A stretch of 64,000 bases of DNA from positions 62,001 through 126,000 of the forward strand of contig NIVC01001917.1 in the NCBI GenBank assembly GCA_002269645.1. The letters run 5' to 3'. The DNA comes from Macrostomum lignano. Lineage: Eukaryota. Under the pieces are notes generated by a model. That model saw only the letters and a program-made list of their open reading frames with translations. It had not been told where the DNA came from and did not search any database. Positions 48,201 to 60,993 of this stretch are shown here, piece after piece. A program made the translations under genes and the position numbers. Each line of letters begins with the position of its first letter. The first letter of the stretch is position 1.

Positions 48201-51200
48201 CCTTCATAAAATTTGGGGTCACTTGACTCCCCGTAGTATCCTCAACCCTTCATAGAAGTCAGGGGTCAGTTGACTCCCCCGTAGTATCCTCAACCCTTCA
48301 TAGAAGTCAGGGGTCAATTGACCCCCACTTATCACCCAGCCTTGAAGGCAGACTTTTATAGAAGTCAGGGGTTAGTTGACCCCCCTAGTATCCTCAGACC
48401 TTCATAGAAGTCGGGGGTCAGTTGACCCTTTCCTAGTATTCTCAGACCTTCATTAAAGTCGGGGGTCAGTTGACCCTTTCCTTGTATTCTCAGACCTTCA
48501 TAAAAGTCAGGGGTCAGTTGGACCCCCTATTATCGTCAGACTTTCATAGTAGTCAGAGGTCAGTTGACCTTATTTACATCTCAGACTCTATGGCAGATTT
48601 TGGTAAGAAGGCCGGAGTCAGTTGACTCTTAATCGCATTAGACACAAAATCATGAGTTCTAAGAGAAGATAGGGGTCTGTTCATAAAACTACCTGTACAT
48701 CCCCCGCAGCTGGCTGGAGGAGCTGTTCTCAGCGGCCTCCCCAGACAGCGAAGGCCTCCTGGACGAGCGGGAGGCAATCCAGCTGGTGAAGAAATTCAAC
48801 TCCGGCGTGAACTCCATTCGAATTCGGACAAAACTGAAGGTTCGCAATTGCGTTAAGGATGCTTTAAAATAATCTTGTCCTCAAATTGTAAATACGGTGC
48901 GAGCCCTTCTCTTGCAAACTGCAGGAGGCGGACCTGCTGAATCCCGTGGCATCGCCCGGCCGGCTGAACAGCGCCGAGTTCGCGAGCCTCTTCAAGGAGA
49001 TTTCCACCAGGCCCGAGATCTACTTCCTGCTAGTCAGGTTGGGCTGCAGTCCGATGCCAATATCTGCAATCAGCTGCCCAATATCTGCAATCAGCTGTCT
49101 AATATCTGCAATCAGCTGCCCAATATCTGCAATCAGCTGCCCAATATCTGCAATCAGCTGCCCAATATCTGCAATCAGCTGCCCAATATCTGCAATCCAC
49201 TCCCCCATATCTGCAATCAGCTGCCCAATATCTGCAATCCGCTCCCCCATATCTGCAAAACACTTCCCTAGCTACAAGCACTTTCCTATTAGCTCTTGAA
49301 GTTATTCATACTGTATTGAATTATGTATATTTATATTTTATACCACAGAACTGTGGTTTATACAATAAAAATATTGGCAACATAGCATAGCACACAAAAG
49401 CTCAGTTTAAAGGCCGAAATTGAGTTCATAATGGCAAAATTTGAGCAGAACTTTTACTGATAAAAATTCACATCCCTGTCGGCAGAGAGAATTGTCAAAG
49501 AGAATTTCTTAAATCGCAGTCGGCCAGCAGGTATCACCTGTGTTGACTGAGCATCGCGTGAGCGCCCTGATCAACAGGTGGGCTGTGCACCGGCCTTGAG
49601 CACATCCCAGCTGCGCAAACCACCCCCAAATCTCTCGATCCGGATCTGTATTGTGGGACTCCCGCGGGATAATTCCAGCCTCACCGATCTCATCTTGCGA
49701 TAAGCTTCATCATCTAGCTCCCGTCAGCTGCACCGGCACCCTTACAAAGTTCTCAAATAATAGTGATGAAAAATCAAATATTCTCGAGGCTTCAAAAAAA
49801 TTTTCTATATAATTACTGAATATTTCTATGAATTGTATTTTTTTCAAATTTCTAAATAAATTCATTATGAAAAAATGACCCACGTGAAGTCAGAGCTCTG
49901 TTTCTAATCCAGATTTCTAGCTTTTCTAGGCGTCCCTGACTGACAGAATCCATCGACTGCCTGCCCGCAGATACTCATCAGATGGCGATTGCCTGTCAGT
50001 GGGCGATCTGCACAGCTTCATCGAGGCAGAGCAGGGGGTGAGATGATACGGCGATGATGGGGATTAAGGAGTTTATTGTAACCCAAAATTGAATCCAATA
50101 GGGCCGAACCATTTTGAGAACAGGAAAGTTTAGATGTTATAATATGCACCACGTTAATTTCTGACTTCGTGTTCACTTAAAGTAAAAAATATAAGAAAGG
50201 TCAGAAAATGACCACGGGCCACATGCGGTCCGTAAAGTCTCTGTCCGGCCCTCGGGTCCTTCGAAACTTCGCAATAGCAGTCCGGCCTGCTCAAGGTTTG
50301 TCTCTTCCCAGCTCTGTTCTCTCTAATATTATCTCTCTCTTTTTCTCTTCTCTCTCCTCTCTTCTCTTCTCCTCTCCTCTCCTCTCCTCTCGTCCTCTCT
50401 TCTCTTCTCTCCTCTCCTCTACTCTCCTCTCCTTTCCTCTCCTCTCCTCTCCTCTACTCTCCTCTCTTCTCCTCTCCTCTCCTCTCCTCTCCTCTCCTCT
50501 CCTCTCCTCTCCTCTCCTCTCCTCTCCTCTCCTCTCCTCTCCTCTCCTCTCCTCTCCTCTCCTCTCCTCTCCTCTCCTCTCCTCTCCTCTCTTCTCTTCT
50601 CTTCTCCTCTTCGCTCCTCTCCTCTCCTCTCCTCTCCTCTCCTCTCCTCTCCTCTCCTCTCCTCTCCTCTCTCTCCTCTCCTCTCCTCTCCTCTCCTCTC
50701 CTCTCTTCTCTTCTCCTCTTCGCTCCTCTCCTCTCCTCTCCTCTCCTCTCCTCTCCTCTCCTCTCCTCTCCTCTCCTCTCCTCTCCTCTAATCTCCTCTC
50801 CTCTTCTCTTCTCTCCTCTCCTCTCCTCTCCTCTCCTCTCTTCTCCTCTCCTCTCCTCTCCTCACCTCTACTCGCCTCTCCTCTCCTCTCCTCTCGTCCT
50901 CTCTTCTCTCCTCTCCATTCTCTTATCCCTTCTCTCCCCTCTCTTCCCCTGTTTCATATCTCCTCTCCTCTCTTTTCGCCTCACCTCTCGCCCCTCGCCT
51001 CTCCTTTCTCCTATCTCTCATCTCTCTCATCTCTCCCCTCCCCATTCTCGCAGTAATGGGCTAGGTTCTCTATCCGGCTCTTGAAGTAAAACAATTTGCC
51101 GACCCCTTCGCTAGATGGTGTATTTTGTACTTGTTGTTCTTGCATCGCAAATAGTCACCTGACTTGCCGCCAATTGCCTTGACCCAGAATCCGAAAATCA

Positions 51201-54200
51201 CCAAGGAGCAGTGCGCTGAGCTGATCAACCAGTTTGAGCCGTCTGCCGAGGGCAGGCGCTGCGGTCAGCTGGGACTCGACGGTGAGTGAGAACAGTGCTC
51301 AATGAGGACTGGGATTCTATGGGATTTTATTGGTGTGGTAAAGGGATTTTGATTGGATTGGATTTGTAATTATTGGATTTCAACGGGACTAGATCTGCGA
51401 TCGTGGGATTTCGATAGAATTAATTGGTAAAAAATAAATAGAGAAGCTGTTAAAGCATGTCTTAGTTCATAATTAGCTAATTAAAAAGTAATAAAAACCT
51501 TACCAGGTTTCACTGCCTACCTGCAGTCTGACCACTGCGACATCATGGACCCCGAGCATCGCAGAGTCTGCCAGGACATGGATCAGCCTCTAGCGCACTA
51601 CTTCATCAGCGCTTCTCACAAAACGTGAGCAACCCAGATAGAATTCTCATCGACTCCCGGCACAGAGAGTGTACGCATCTGACGATTAGACAGTCAGGGC
51701 TGCTGTACACCCTGTGTGAGCGTGTGTATGAATGCGTGCCTGTGTACAGTATTGGCGAGCTTGTGTGCTCAGGAGCCAGCGCTGGTTGTGCATTGGAAGG
51801 CGTTGCACCAGGGGGCCTACAGCCCTCCAGTGAATATCGATCTAACTACTTTTATCGATATGGTATTCTTTTGGAATTGGCAAACATGTAAATTGATATG
51901 ACAAGTTTTGCATCTGGGAATTTGGGAATGTCAGAAATAGCTGAAGCTAAAAATAGAAAACATTTGCCTGTTGCGGTGCACATCTAAACGTTTATTTCTA
52001 GACACCATCTAAAAACCAGAATCTGGACAGGTGGGGACAAAAATTAGTCAGTTTCAATATTTCCAGATTTCTGACCGGCGATCAGCTGAGAAGCGAATCC
52101 AGCTGCGAGTGCTACGAGCGAGCTCTGAAAGACCGAATTCGATATATTGAGTGTGAGTGAGAGCAGATGTATGTACACTTTCCAGCACTTATTGTCTTGT
52201 GCTGTGCTTAGATCCTTGAGGGCACTGGGATTAGCTAAAAGTACATTGTTTTAAGCCTCTAGCTGTATCCTTCAATTCCAGCTACCCCTATCCAATTTCA
52301 AAAGGAGCTGCGTGGCCTTTTTAACTCTGTCTCGCCTCTCACTCTGACTTCAATAAAACGACTCGTGTGGAATATCAGACACGGAGGATTATGGATCATC
52401 CGCTGTAGTATGCTCTAGAGAACGCATAGCACTGAATGGGGTCTTGCCATAGACAAATTCGGTCGATAGAGTATTAAAAGCGCTAGCGATTTCTAAGAAA
52501 ATTGGGTGTGACGTCAGTTGTCCATAAAATATTCTTTTGACGCTCTAGGGGACTGCTCCAATAACCTTGATGTGTTCGCCAGTGCTTATCACCCTTCTGC
52601 CTAAAGTCCAACATTAGTTTAGTTCACTTCCTTTTCAACACTATATAGCTAACCCATCACCAAGCAACCAACCCCTCACCCATGTGTGCGCCTTCAGTGG
52701 AAATCTGGGACGGACCGGACGGCCAGCCAGTGGTGTATCACGGCCGCACGCTCACTAGCAAGATTCTGGCTGTGGATGCTCTGAGCACTATTCGACAGTA
52801 CGCTTTCCACGGTACAGAGTGAGTAATGATTTCTTATCTCTGGGATTAATTCAGATTCTTTGGGATTGTTATATTGCTCATAAATCTTTTAAATATTATA
52901 ATACTATGATGTAAAAACATTATACTTATTATACCGTTCTATTTCAATGCATTATATTAGGTTACACCAAATTATTCAGGGCTATTAAGTTATAAACAAA
53001 TAGAAATACACTATCTAAGACGTAAGTATACCGGTTTTTCGTTTAAAAATAGGGAAAATTCACTTTATCGAAAATACTTAGCTAGTGTATGCTTATGCGA
53101 TTTATTTTCGTCAATTAGAAAAAAACAAAGTCCATATCCAGTCCTTTCTATTTAAGTTCGTGAGTGAAAAAAGCTGCTTTAAATTTAAACAAAAGAGTTT
53201 AAATATAAGTATAGACTTTCCATTTTACCATGGGTGCAATGCACTTGTAACAATGTTGAACTAAAAAGAAGAAAAGAGAGCAATAGATGGACCAGCTGTA
53301 TTCATCATTCAAATTTATTTATTCTTCACTGCAATTGAAAGAGACTTCGTTTGCTGAGCCTCATCTGAATCTGTACATTCTATTGAATGATTGTCTTCAA
53401 TTTCTGTAGCTTTTCAATTTGCTTTTTTAAAACAATATCTGCAATCTAGGGTTTAGATGTTTAGAATCTGGGTGAGTTGCTTCAATATTCGTTTAAAGTA
53501 GTACGAGCGTATATAGATTGTCCTTCGGCATGAATAACGAATTGCGTTTATGGGCTTTTTCATTTACGAGTAAATCCTATTTACTGTCTTACTCATATAG
53601 TCTTTATTAGAACAAATAGAAAAGCTTACTACGCTTGTAGTAATCAAAAACTAACTAAAGTAATAAAAGTACCAAATGACATACGGATTTTAACAAATTA
53701 TGACTCGAGAAAGCATGAGTCACAAATATCAATCCATATATCTAGAAACGCACTCTAATTTCATAGAAGTGAACTCCATATAGATTCGTGTCGGATTTCC
53801 ATCCTCCAAATATTTGTACTTTCTGTTTTGCAATACAGCCTCGTACTTTGAGTTAGCCGACTCCCTTCGTCTACCACGCTTTTCCCGCAGACTATCACAA
53901 CCGTTAATTTGCCACAGACATTTCAGCTACCCTGTTTGCTATTTAGTATAAAATACAGGTTCAACTCGCGGCCCTTCACCCCTGCTTCTCTTCTTCTGAT
54001 TCCTTCCCCACTAACCGCTCGTTCTTCTATTAGTTATTGTCTGGGTCTGGGTGCAGCTACAGAATTCGGCACACTTTTGATGATGACAGGGAAGTGCGGT
54101 TGGACGTGAAGGATCTGCCCGCTGTCTCGTCTGAGGTTGACTCGCTATAAAACTTCGACTTTCACTTTTCGAACTCTACGTAGTAGGCTTCTCGCTCCGG

Positions 54201-57200
54201 GAGACTTAGGCAGGTCGACCGAGATTCGACCGTCAGTATCGCGCGTAATGGAGTCGAGCAGGCGCTCAGTAAGTCTGTCATTCTTGGGGTCAGGCTTTCC
54301 AGCTATGCCAAGAGCTTCGAGGTTGAACATGCGGTACAGGAGTCGGTCGAGGTGAAGCCCATTCTTGTTAAGGAAATTGTTCGTAGTGACCACTTGCGAG
54401 GAGCCGAGGAAGCCGTTGAGATGAGAGGCTGTAGTGTCGAGGCAGCCGTTGAGGATGGCGCCGAAGAGCGTCAGGTTGGCCGTTAGAGTCGGTCAAAGCG
54501 CTAGTGCGGGTACGTTAGGGCCGATAAGAAGCTGACTGACGTCACTATAGGGACAAGAACTTCTGGGCTCTTGGCTGGCAGTGGAACTAAACTACGGCGC
54601 CCGACGATAGGCGATTGCCGGTGCTGCGGGCTTGTGGCGGTTCCAGAGTGCGTAGACGTGGCTGTCGAGGGTGCAGGCAAGCTCACCTAGGGGGAGTAGC
54701 TGGCCGGTGGTGAGAAGGAGGGCGTCGGTGAAATTCTCGAGCTCGTCCGGGTCGGAGGCGGAGCTGCAGTGGAGAGCGAAAAGGCGCCGGAAGGAGAAGT
54801 TTTTCTGCTCCTGGGCATCGGCGTAGTTGGCCAGGAGGATGCGGCAGGCTTCGGCGTAGGCGTTGGGCTGGCAAGCGTCGAGGGCGCCAAGCTTCCGGAG
54901 TGCCGAGCCAGAGAGAAGACCGCGGAGCGCCACTGAGCTTGGATGATTTGGAGGATGGAAATCCGACAAATCGAATTTACTTTCAAATAAAATTTACGAG
55001 TACATTAGACTCTTGAATGTGTACCGGAATGACGCGTACATTCTCTGGAATGTAGCTCGTATGATACATTGCAGTAAACTGTACATAGATGTGGATTGGA
55101 ATGTACACTTATAAAATATTGAAATGAGGAAGCGTGCTTCACAAATTAAAAGGTAGACTGGACGACATTACATTTGAATAAAACGTACATAACTGTTCCG
55201 CGGCAATAAAACCTACATTAGACTTAGATCTACAGTTGGAACGCACATACACAAAGATTCTCAAACAACTTAAACTCTCAAGCATGCCGCTAATCATCGG
55301 CTTGGAGACTCACTGCGGTCTGGCCCAACAATCCGCGCTCGCTCAGCACCTTCGCGATCAGCTGGGCGACTGCCTGCTGCCGGCTCGGGCAAGTGGCGCC
55401 TTTGCCAGCCCTAGCGGCCTGCGCGGCCGAGTCCTCATCAAGGGCCGCGCGTTGCCTATGGCAACGGGTGAAAACGGGGGCGGCAACAGCGGAGAGGAAA
55501 GTAATGGCTATGGCTACATCAGCGAGGACGATGAGAGAATTGACGTACGGAGGGACCAGACAAAGAAGCGGGTGAGTTCCCGGTGAGCAGTGCCCATGCT
55601 TTGGCGCCCAACACCCACACCTTGGCGCCCCAACAACTATACTTGGGCAATTTGAACTATAATTTTCGGGATCTCAACTAAATTGATGCAAATCAATTAT
55701 GCTAGGTCGGTCACGGTCGGAAAATCAGGCTCAGCAGGGAGCTATCCGATCTGATCACCTTGCCAGAAGTTAGCCGTCTGGAGTTCGATGCTCACCTGCC
55801 AACTAGCGGTGAGCGATTGTGCTGTTCAATGTAACAAATAGCTTCAGGGTTTAGATTCGGTAGGGTTTAGATTCGGTAGGGTTTAGATTCGGTAGGGTTT
55901 AGATCCAGCAGGGGGTTTAGATTCGGTAGGGTTTAGATTCTGCAGGGGGTTTAGATTCATTTGAGGGGTTTAGATTCGGTACGGATTCGATTCAGTAAGG
56001 GGTTTAGATTCGGTAGGGTTTAGATTCGGTAGGGTTTAGATTCGGTAGGGTTAAGATTCGGTAGGGTTTAGATTCAGCAGGGGGTTTAGATTCGTTTGAG
56101 GGGTTTAGATTCGGTAGCGTTTAGATTCGTTAGGGTTTAGACTCGGTAGGGTTTAGATTCAGTAGAGTTAAGATTCGGTAGGGTTTAGATTCAGTAGGTT
56201 TGAGATTCGGTAGGGTTTAGATTCGGTAAGGTTAGATTCGTTTCGCACAGACTCCCTGTCGATCGGACCGCAGCCTCTGGGCCGACCCATCCGTTTGTCT
56301 GGCCAATCAGCGAGTCGCAGAGCCAGCGCATGGCCCAGGCTGATGTGGACGAGTTGGCAACCATCAGCCGGCAACGAATTGTACAGGTTAGTAAAATAAT
56401 TTGAAACAGTATCCTTAATAAGTCTGGGTCAGAACAAGGTTAAGGAGAAGTTATGGGCGCTGAACATTTGTGCCTGTGTGTGCTCAGGGTGTGTACCTGT
56501 GTGTGCTCAGGTTGTGTGCCTGTGTGTGCCTTAATTTGCACCAGTGCCTAAAGCTAAACTAACTAACAAAGGCAATTAGTTACGGACAGCTCTGCACTGC
56601 TGCTTCTAGCGCTATACTGTAAGGCATCATAAATGGCATCAGCAAGCCAATCATTCCAGGTGCGACCCAGCGTCGCCAGGGTGGATTCGAGCAACCCGAA
56701 CCCGCGCGACGCCTGGTGCTGCGGCTGCCAGCTGGTGTGCCTGAACCGGCAGACCACTGGCCGCATCCTGGACCTGGACCGGGGCCATTTCTCGCGCAAC
56801 GGCGCCTGCGGATTTGTGCTGAAGCCGCCATCGATGCGCCAGGGCCTGCCGCTGCTGGCACTGCCGGTCGGGCGGCTGCTACGAGTGCGCGTCATCAGCG
56901 GAGCCCAGCTGCCCAAGCCTAGAGGCTCTGTTTCTAAGGGTGACGTCACCGATCCCTTTGTACAGGTGCGGCAGGGCGCTCCAGACTCGTGTGTCATCAA
57001 TGCATAACAGGAAAATGGTGGAAGCTGGTTTGGTAGCTTGTAGAAATAATCTGTAGGAGATTTTATCTAATGATGGAGTGAAGGGTGTGTGTGAGTGACA
57101 GAAGAGCCTACAGGTAGGCAGCTGCCATCTAATGATGGAGAGAAAGGTGTGAGTGACAGAAGAGCCTACAGGTAGGCAGCTGCCATCTAATGATGGAGAG

Positions 57201-59184
57201 AAAGGTGTGAGTGACAGAAGAGCCTACAGGTAGGCAGCTGCCATCTAATGATGGAGAGAAAGGTGTGAGTGACAGAAGAGCCTACAGGTAGGCAGCTGCC
57301 ATCTAATGATGGACTGAAAGGTGTGAGTAACAGAAGAGCCTACAGGTAGGCAGCTGCCATCTAATGATGGAGTGAAAGGTGTGAGTGACAGAAGAGCCTG
57401 CAGATAGGCAGCTGCCATCAAATGATGGAGTGAAAGGTGTGAGTGACAGAAGAGCCTACAGGTAGGCAGACGCCATCAAACGATGGAGTGAAAGGTGTGA
57501 GTGACAGAAGAGCCTACAGGTAGGCAGACGCCATCTAATGATGGAGTGAAAGGTGTGAGTGACAGAAGAGCCTACAGGTAGGCAGCTGCCATCTAATGAT
57601 GGAGTGAAAGGTGTGAGTGACAGAAGAGCCTACAGGTAGGCAGACGCCATCAAACGATGGAGTGAAAGGTGTGAGTGACAGAAGAGCCTACAGGTAGGCA
57701 GACGCCATCAAACGATGGAGTGAAAGGTGTGAGTGACAGAAGAGCCTACAGGTAGGCAGACGCCATCTAATGATGGAGTGAAAGGTGTGAGTGACAGAAG
57801 AGCCTACAGGTAGGCAGCTGCCATCTAATGATGGAGTGAAAGGTGTGAGTGACAGAAGAGCCTACAGGTAGGCAGACGCCATCAAATGATGGAGTGAAAG
57901 GTGTGAGTGACAGAAGAGCCTACAGGTAGGCAGACGCCATCTAATGATGGAGTGAAAGGTGTGAGTGACAGAAGAGCCTACAGGTAGGCAGACGCCATCA
58001 AATGATGGAGTGAAAGGTGTAACAGACAGTAACTGTGGGAAGGGGATCATGACTAGAGGATCATGATGATGCAGCTAATTAATTAGACACACCTGGCAGT
58101 AAATGAGCAGAAGCCGCACTGCTCACTCATGCCTCAATCGCAGGTCGAGCTGTTCGGTCTGGCCAGCGACTGCGCCACCGAGCGAACCCGGACAGTGCGC
58201 GGCAACGGCTTCGACCCGGTGTTCGACGAGGCCTTCGAGTTCCGCGTCCGCCTGCCGGAGCTCGCCCTGCTGCGCTTCCTGGTGCTGGACGACGACGCGA
58301 TTGGCGACGAGTTCATCGGTCAGCTGACTGTGCCGGTGGACTGCCTGCAGACAGGTGAGGCAGATGCCACGGGGGCAGTAGTGCATTCAGCATGCTCTCG
58401 AGCACAGATTCTACATTACCTAGCTGTGTCGCTCCGCGAGTGCACGTTAGCGCATGAGTGTCTATGGCATTATTGCACGCGCAAGATGTGCTTCTATCAC
58501 ATTGTTTACTGGGCGCGAATTGACAACAGTCTATGGCCAAAACCCCAGGGTTTTCACGCTGCGACCAGGCGGCTGGAGCTGCCCATCTAATAGAATCCGT
58601 GTTCTCGAGAAATCGGGTTCTTCTCGACCGATTTTGTCTATGGCATTACTCCATTCAGCCGCTATGCGTTCTCTAGAAAATCAAATCAAAAAATTTTTTC
58701 TAAGATTTCTAAGAAAATCCTATGTAGGCCTCCTTCTACTTCAGTTGTACATGGTCCGCCAAAACACTTCAATACACTTGTAACCTTCAGTACGATGCAA
58801 ATATAATTAAGCTTAACTTATCTAGAAGCAGTTCTGAGATGGTTTATTCGATAAAGTACGCTTAGTTTTTCTTGAACTAAATGAATTGCAAATTTTGATA
58901 TTGATTTTTAGGCTACCGGCAGGTGCGCCTGCTCAGCCAGACTGGCAAGCCGCTGCCGAGCGGCTGTCTGCTCGTGCACATAAGCAGCACCAGTCGGCCT
59001 CTGACTGGCAAGGCGGCCAAGCAGCAGCGTCGAGGTGGCGACGAATGTCCTCGCCTGAGGCCGACTGGCCTACCAGAAGCTGACGAGGCGTTCAAAGCGG
59101 CCGCGGCCGACCTGCTGGCTGCTGCCCAACTGCGAGACACCTTCGACCAGGCGTTGAACCGGCTGCGCGAGGTCTGCGGCCTCT

Positions 59185-59237
<53 letters not shown>

Positions 59238-60993
59238 CCCGCAGTCAAGCGCTGCGTTCGCGGCCTCGCTGGCTGCGCCGGCCTTCGCATGGAGACGGCG
59301 GCCGGCGGCTGGCCGAGGCTGGAGCCGCTGGAGGCGGCGGGCCCGCGTCTGCCTGACTCGGTCAGCAAAGGGCTGGCGGCCTTTGAGCAGGTGACGAGCG
59401 CTGTCTATTTTTTATATGAGCTCAGATTGCTATTTAAAAATTATTTGGCACCTGTTGTTATTGAAGATAGAGTACTGACGAAAAGATCGCTTGCTAACAA
59501 TGTTGTTAATGTGTGCAAACATTTCACTTTATAAAATTAGCTGAAAGTTCCGGGCAATCACCAAATTAATATACCTTTTTGCGATCTAGTTTGCCAAAAC
59601 TGCCACCCAGTTTGCCCATAGCAAGCCAAGAAGGATTTTTATTGAGAATCAATTCGGAAGTGTGTCGAAATAAACTGTAACAGTGAACAATAAACAGCGA
59701 GTTTTTAATGGTAGACGTAGGCACAAATGCTCTCAATCATAGCATTGTTAAGGAATCTCCGCTTGGCACCTCCGCGAGGCAGAGGCTCTATACGACCGGT
59801 TGCGTTGAATTGTCCAACTATGTAAGTCACGGTTCTTCGTGAGATGCCCAACAGCCTACCGAAATCTTGCCAGTCCTCTCCATCCTGATATGCTTGAATC
59901 AATCGCTGCCGGTCCTTCGCTGAAATCCTGTTATAAGGTCCACGCTGGGCCATTCTTTGATCTTGCTATGTATGTCTGTGGTGTTTTCTTTGCTATGGGC
60001 AAACTAGGTCGCAGTTTTGGCAAAATTGATTGCAGTTTTCAAAGAGTTGTCTGTGGCTGAAACTCTGGTCATGGCTGAGCAGACTTGGCATAGATAGAAA
60101 AATTATAAGTGATATTTTTCCGCCGGCAAAATTGATTGCAGTTTTGGCAAACTAGATCGCAAAAAGAATACATTTGTAGTATCTTACTATTTATACGATG
60201 TAACATGTACATTTTCTCATTTATTTGGATTGTAGTTTAATATAGTTCCCTATTAGCACAGGATATTCATAGGTCACATACTATTATTAGAGGCAGTAAT
60301 TCTATTAAGCGACATTGTCACACAACCGGCGAGAGGCATTACTGCCGTTCCGACGACTCCCCTGAGCAGGCACACAAGCGCGCGATACGTACGCAGTCAT
60401 ACGCACAGGCACACACTCACACAGGAGTGCACAGCGGCCCTAACTTTATTTATCGTTAGGCATGTACACTCCACTGTGCCTTGGGGGTTGGCCCTCAAGC
60501 TGGTCGTTAATTGCACGAGCAGAGCCAGGTCGAGATTCCAATTTAGCCACAACTTAATGTGACTGCACTTGGAATCGAGCCTGTGATGCTGGCACGTGAA
60601 AGCGCCCTCGGTTATCCATGGCTACTAGGTATTCCTAGGTACAGCCACATTAAAGAGCCCAAACTCCCGCCCGCCCCGCAGATGATATCGGAGGCCAGAC
60701 GCCTGTCTGAGGAAGGCCCCGGCCTGCTGTCCCGTCTCGGCGTCCACGAGGCGGCCTGCATGAGCCGCTACAACGGATTGGAGTGCGGCGGCCGCGGCGG
60801 CTGCGGTGGCGTTGGTGGCGGCTGCCGGCCTTGCCTCAGTCCGGGCAAGGCGGCCGCTAATTTTGCTTGGAACATCCGGATCATCCGGGGCCAGACCGAT
60901 CAGCTGGCCAGAGCCGGACAGGCGGCCGAGAGCGCCGTTGAACAGGCCAGACAGGCCGGACAGGCGGCCGGACTGCTGCAGTCGTCGTTGTAG
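29680..60993 (+). CDS. PLCL1: Phospholipase C-like protein (PLCL/PRIP): PP1-motif N-terminus, PH, EF-hand, X, Y, C2, C-terminal helical domain; 18 exons
   Basis: Exons: 29680-29914, 30355-30504, 47202-47441, 47737-47785, 48710-48839, 48925-49037, 49971-50037, 51188-51281, 51507-51624, 52067-52152, 52698-52818, 55283-55571, 55706-55808, 56274-56386, 56660-56965, 58144-58354, 58912-59390, 60682-60993. All GT-AG and phase-consistent. Motifs: [84 protein letters not shown]. Symbol denotes a co-orthologue of PLCL1/2. Confidence 0.92.
30205..30305. repeat. 24-bp repeat (atcataaaggtataacccctcata) x4 in PLCL intron 1
   Basis: Direct reading. Confidence 0.85.
32063..42445 (+). CDS. Spliced tyrosine recombinase gene: basic/beta-rich N-terminus, repeated 80-aa spacer exons, C2H2 and CCHC-like Zn motifs, YR catalytic domain, C-terminal Myb/SANT-like helix bundle
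   Basis: Exons 32063-32301, 32419-32480, 32595-32696, 32785-32844, nine 240-nt copies (33294-33533 and every ~655 nt), 39188-41803, 42267-42445; phases compatible. YR motifs: FNRRRSSE (Arg), SGKRGRSVP (Lys), SRFLRKH (H-x-x-R position), LARHLGH (His), HRQFY (Tyr). Zn motifs: [19 protein letters not shown] and CHRC...HRNAC. Confidence 0.85.
33021..39349 (+). repeat. 655-bp tandem array, ~9.7 copies, nearly identical; each unit is one intron plus one symmetric exon
   Basis: ORF starts recur at 33263, 33918 ... 39157. Differences seen: ctttc/ctttg, attcag/attccg, and a 1-nt deletion in copy 8 (~37911). Confidence 0.97.
43135..43930. repeat. 48-bp minisatellite inside the YR element, ~16 copies
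   Basis: Unit ttcgccacctgctctaaacattgtgtttctacttattcaaccatttta. Confidence 0.95.
44195..44615. repeat. 38-bp minisatellite inside the YR element, ~11 copies, each carrying TTGGGAC
   Basis: Unit ggtgggattgttgggacagccctatgcacactggctat. Confidence 0.95.
45968..46941. mobile_element. Inverted-repeat-bounded element with a telomere-like core (ctaaaccctaacccac)n and a 17-bp terminal minisatellite
   Basis: gactgccgac (~45990) / gtcggcagtc (~46706) flank the 46000-46698 array. gacttttgact (45968) pairs with atcaaaagtc (~46728) and gtcaaaagtc (~46931). (gtcaaaagacactgcca)n at 46735-46940. Confidence 0.65.
47485..47680. repeat. 24-bp minisatellite (ggggtgataacttgagtaatctga)
   Basis: Direct reading; PLCL intron 3. 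Confidence 0.85.
48100..48630. repeat. Degenerate ~45-50-bp repeat, each unit containing the near-palindrome ggggtca(g/a)ttgacccc
   Basis: About a dozen copies including one at ~47941; PLCL intron 4. Confidence 0.8.
49065..49260. repeat. 21-bp minisatellite (ccaatatctgcaatcagctgc)
   Basis: Direct reading; PLCL intron 6. Confidence 0.9.
50330..51040. repeat. (CCTCT)n polypyrimidine tract, ~700 bp
   Basis: Direct reading; PLCL intron 7. Confidence 0.95.
54130..54990 (-). mobile_element. Internally deleted Bel/Pao LTR-retrotransposon fragment in PLCL intron 11
   Basis: Gag-like [14 protein letters not shown]...[13 protein letters not shown]...ELENFTD (DUF1759-type), then LIGP...LFGAILNG and MFNLEALGI...[15 protein letters not shown], resembling the Pao pre-RT region as remembered. 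No paired LTRs seen. Confidence 0.7.
55848..56240. repeat. 16-bp minisatellite (gggtttagattcggta)
   Basis: Direct reading; PLCL intron 13. Confidence 0.9.
57065..58020. repeat. 58-bp minisatellite, ~16 copies
   Basis: Unit gatggagtgaaaggtgtgagtgacagaagagcctacaggtaggcagctgccatctaat; PLCL intron 15. Confidence 0.95.
59575..60166 (-). mobile_element. Internally deleted Tc1/mariner-like DNA transposon
   Basis: 29-bp perfect TIR CTTTTTGCGATCTAGTTTGCCAAAACTGC at 59575 and inverted ending 60166. ORF 59953-59705 ([37 protein letters not shown]...[11 protein letters not shown]) is a paired-like HTH transposase N-terminus. TA target duplication is not clean on the right. Confidence 0.85.
60307..60617 (-). 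mobile_element. tRNA-derived SINE family 2, copy A
   Basis: Reverse complement of 61857-62165 with high similarity over ~300 bp. Confidence 0.8.

Noticed and set aside
53920-53960. cag|CTACCCTGTT as the start of the PLCL YPV exon interrupted by the retroelement
   Set aside because: The frame stops within a few codons, and the acceptor at 55282 gives an uninterrupted [12 protein letters not shown].
53930-55240. Paired LTRs around the Bel/Pao fragment
   Set aside because: No direct repeat found between the two flanks.
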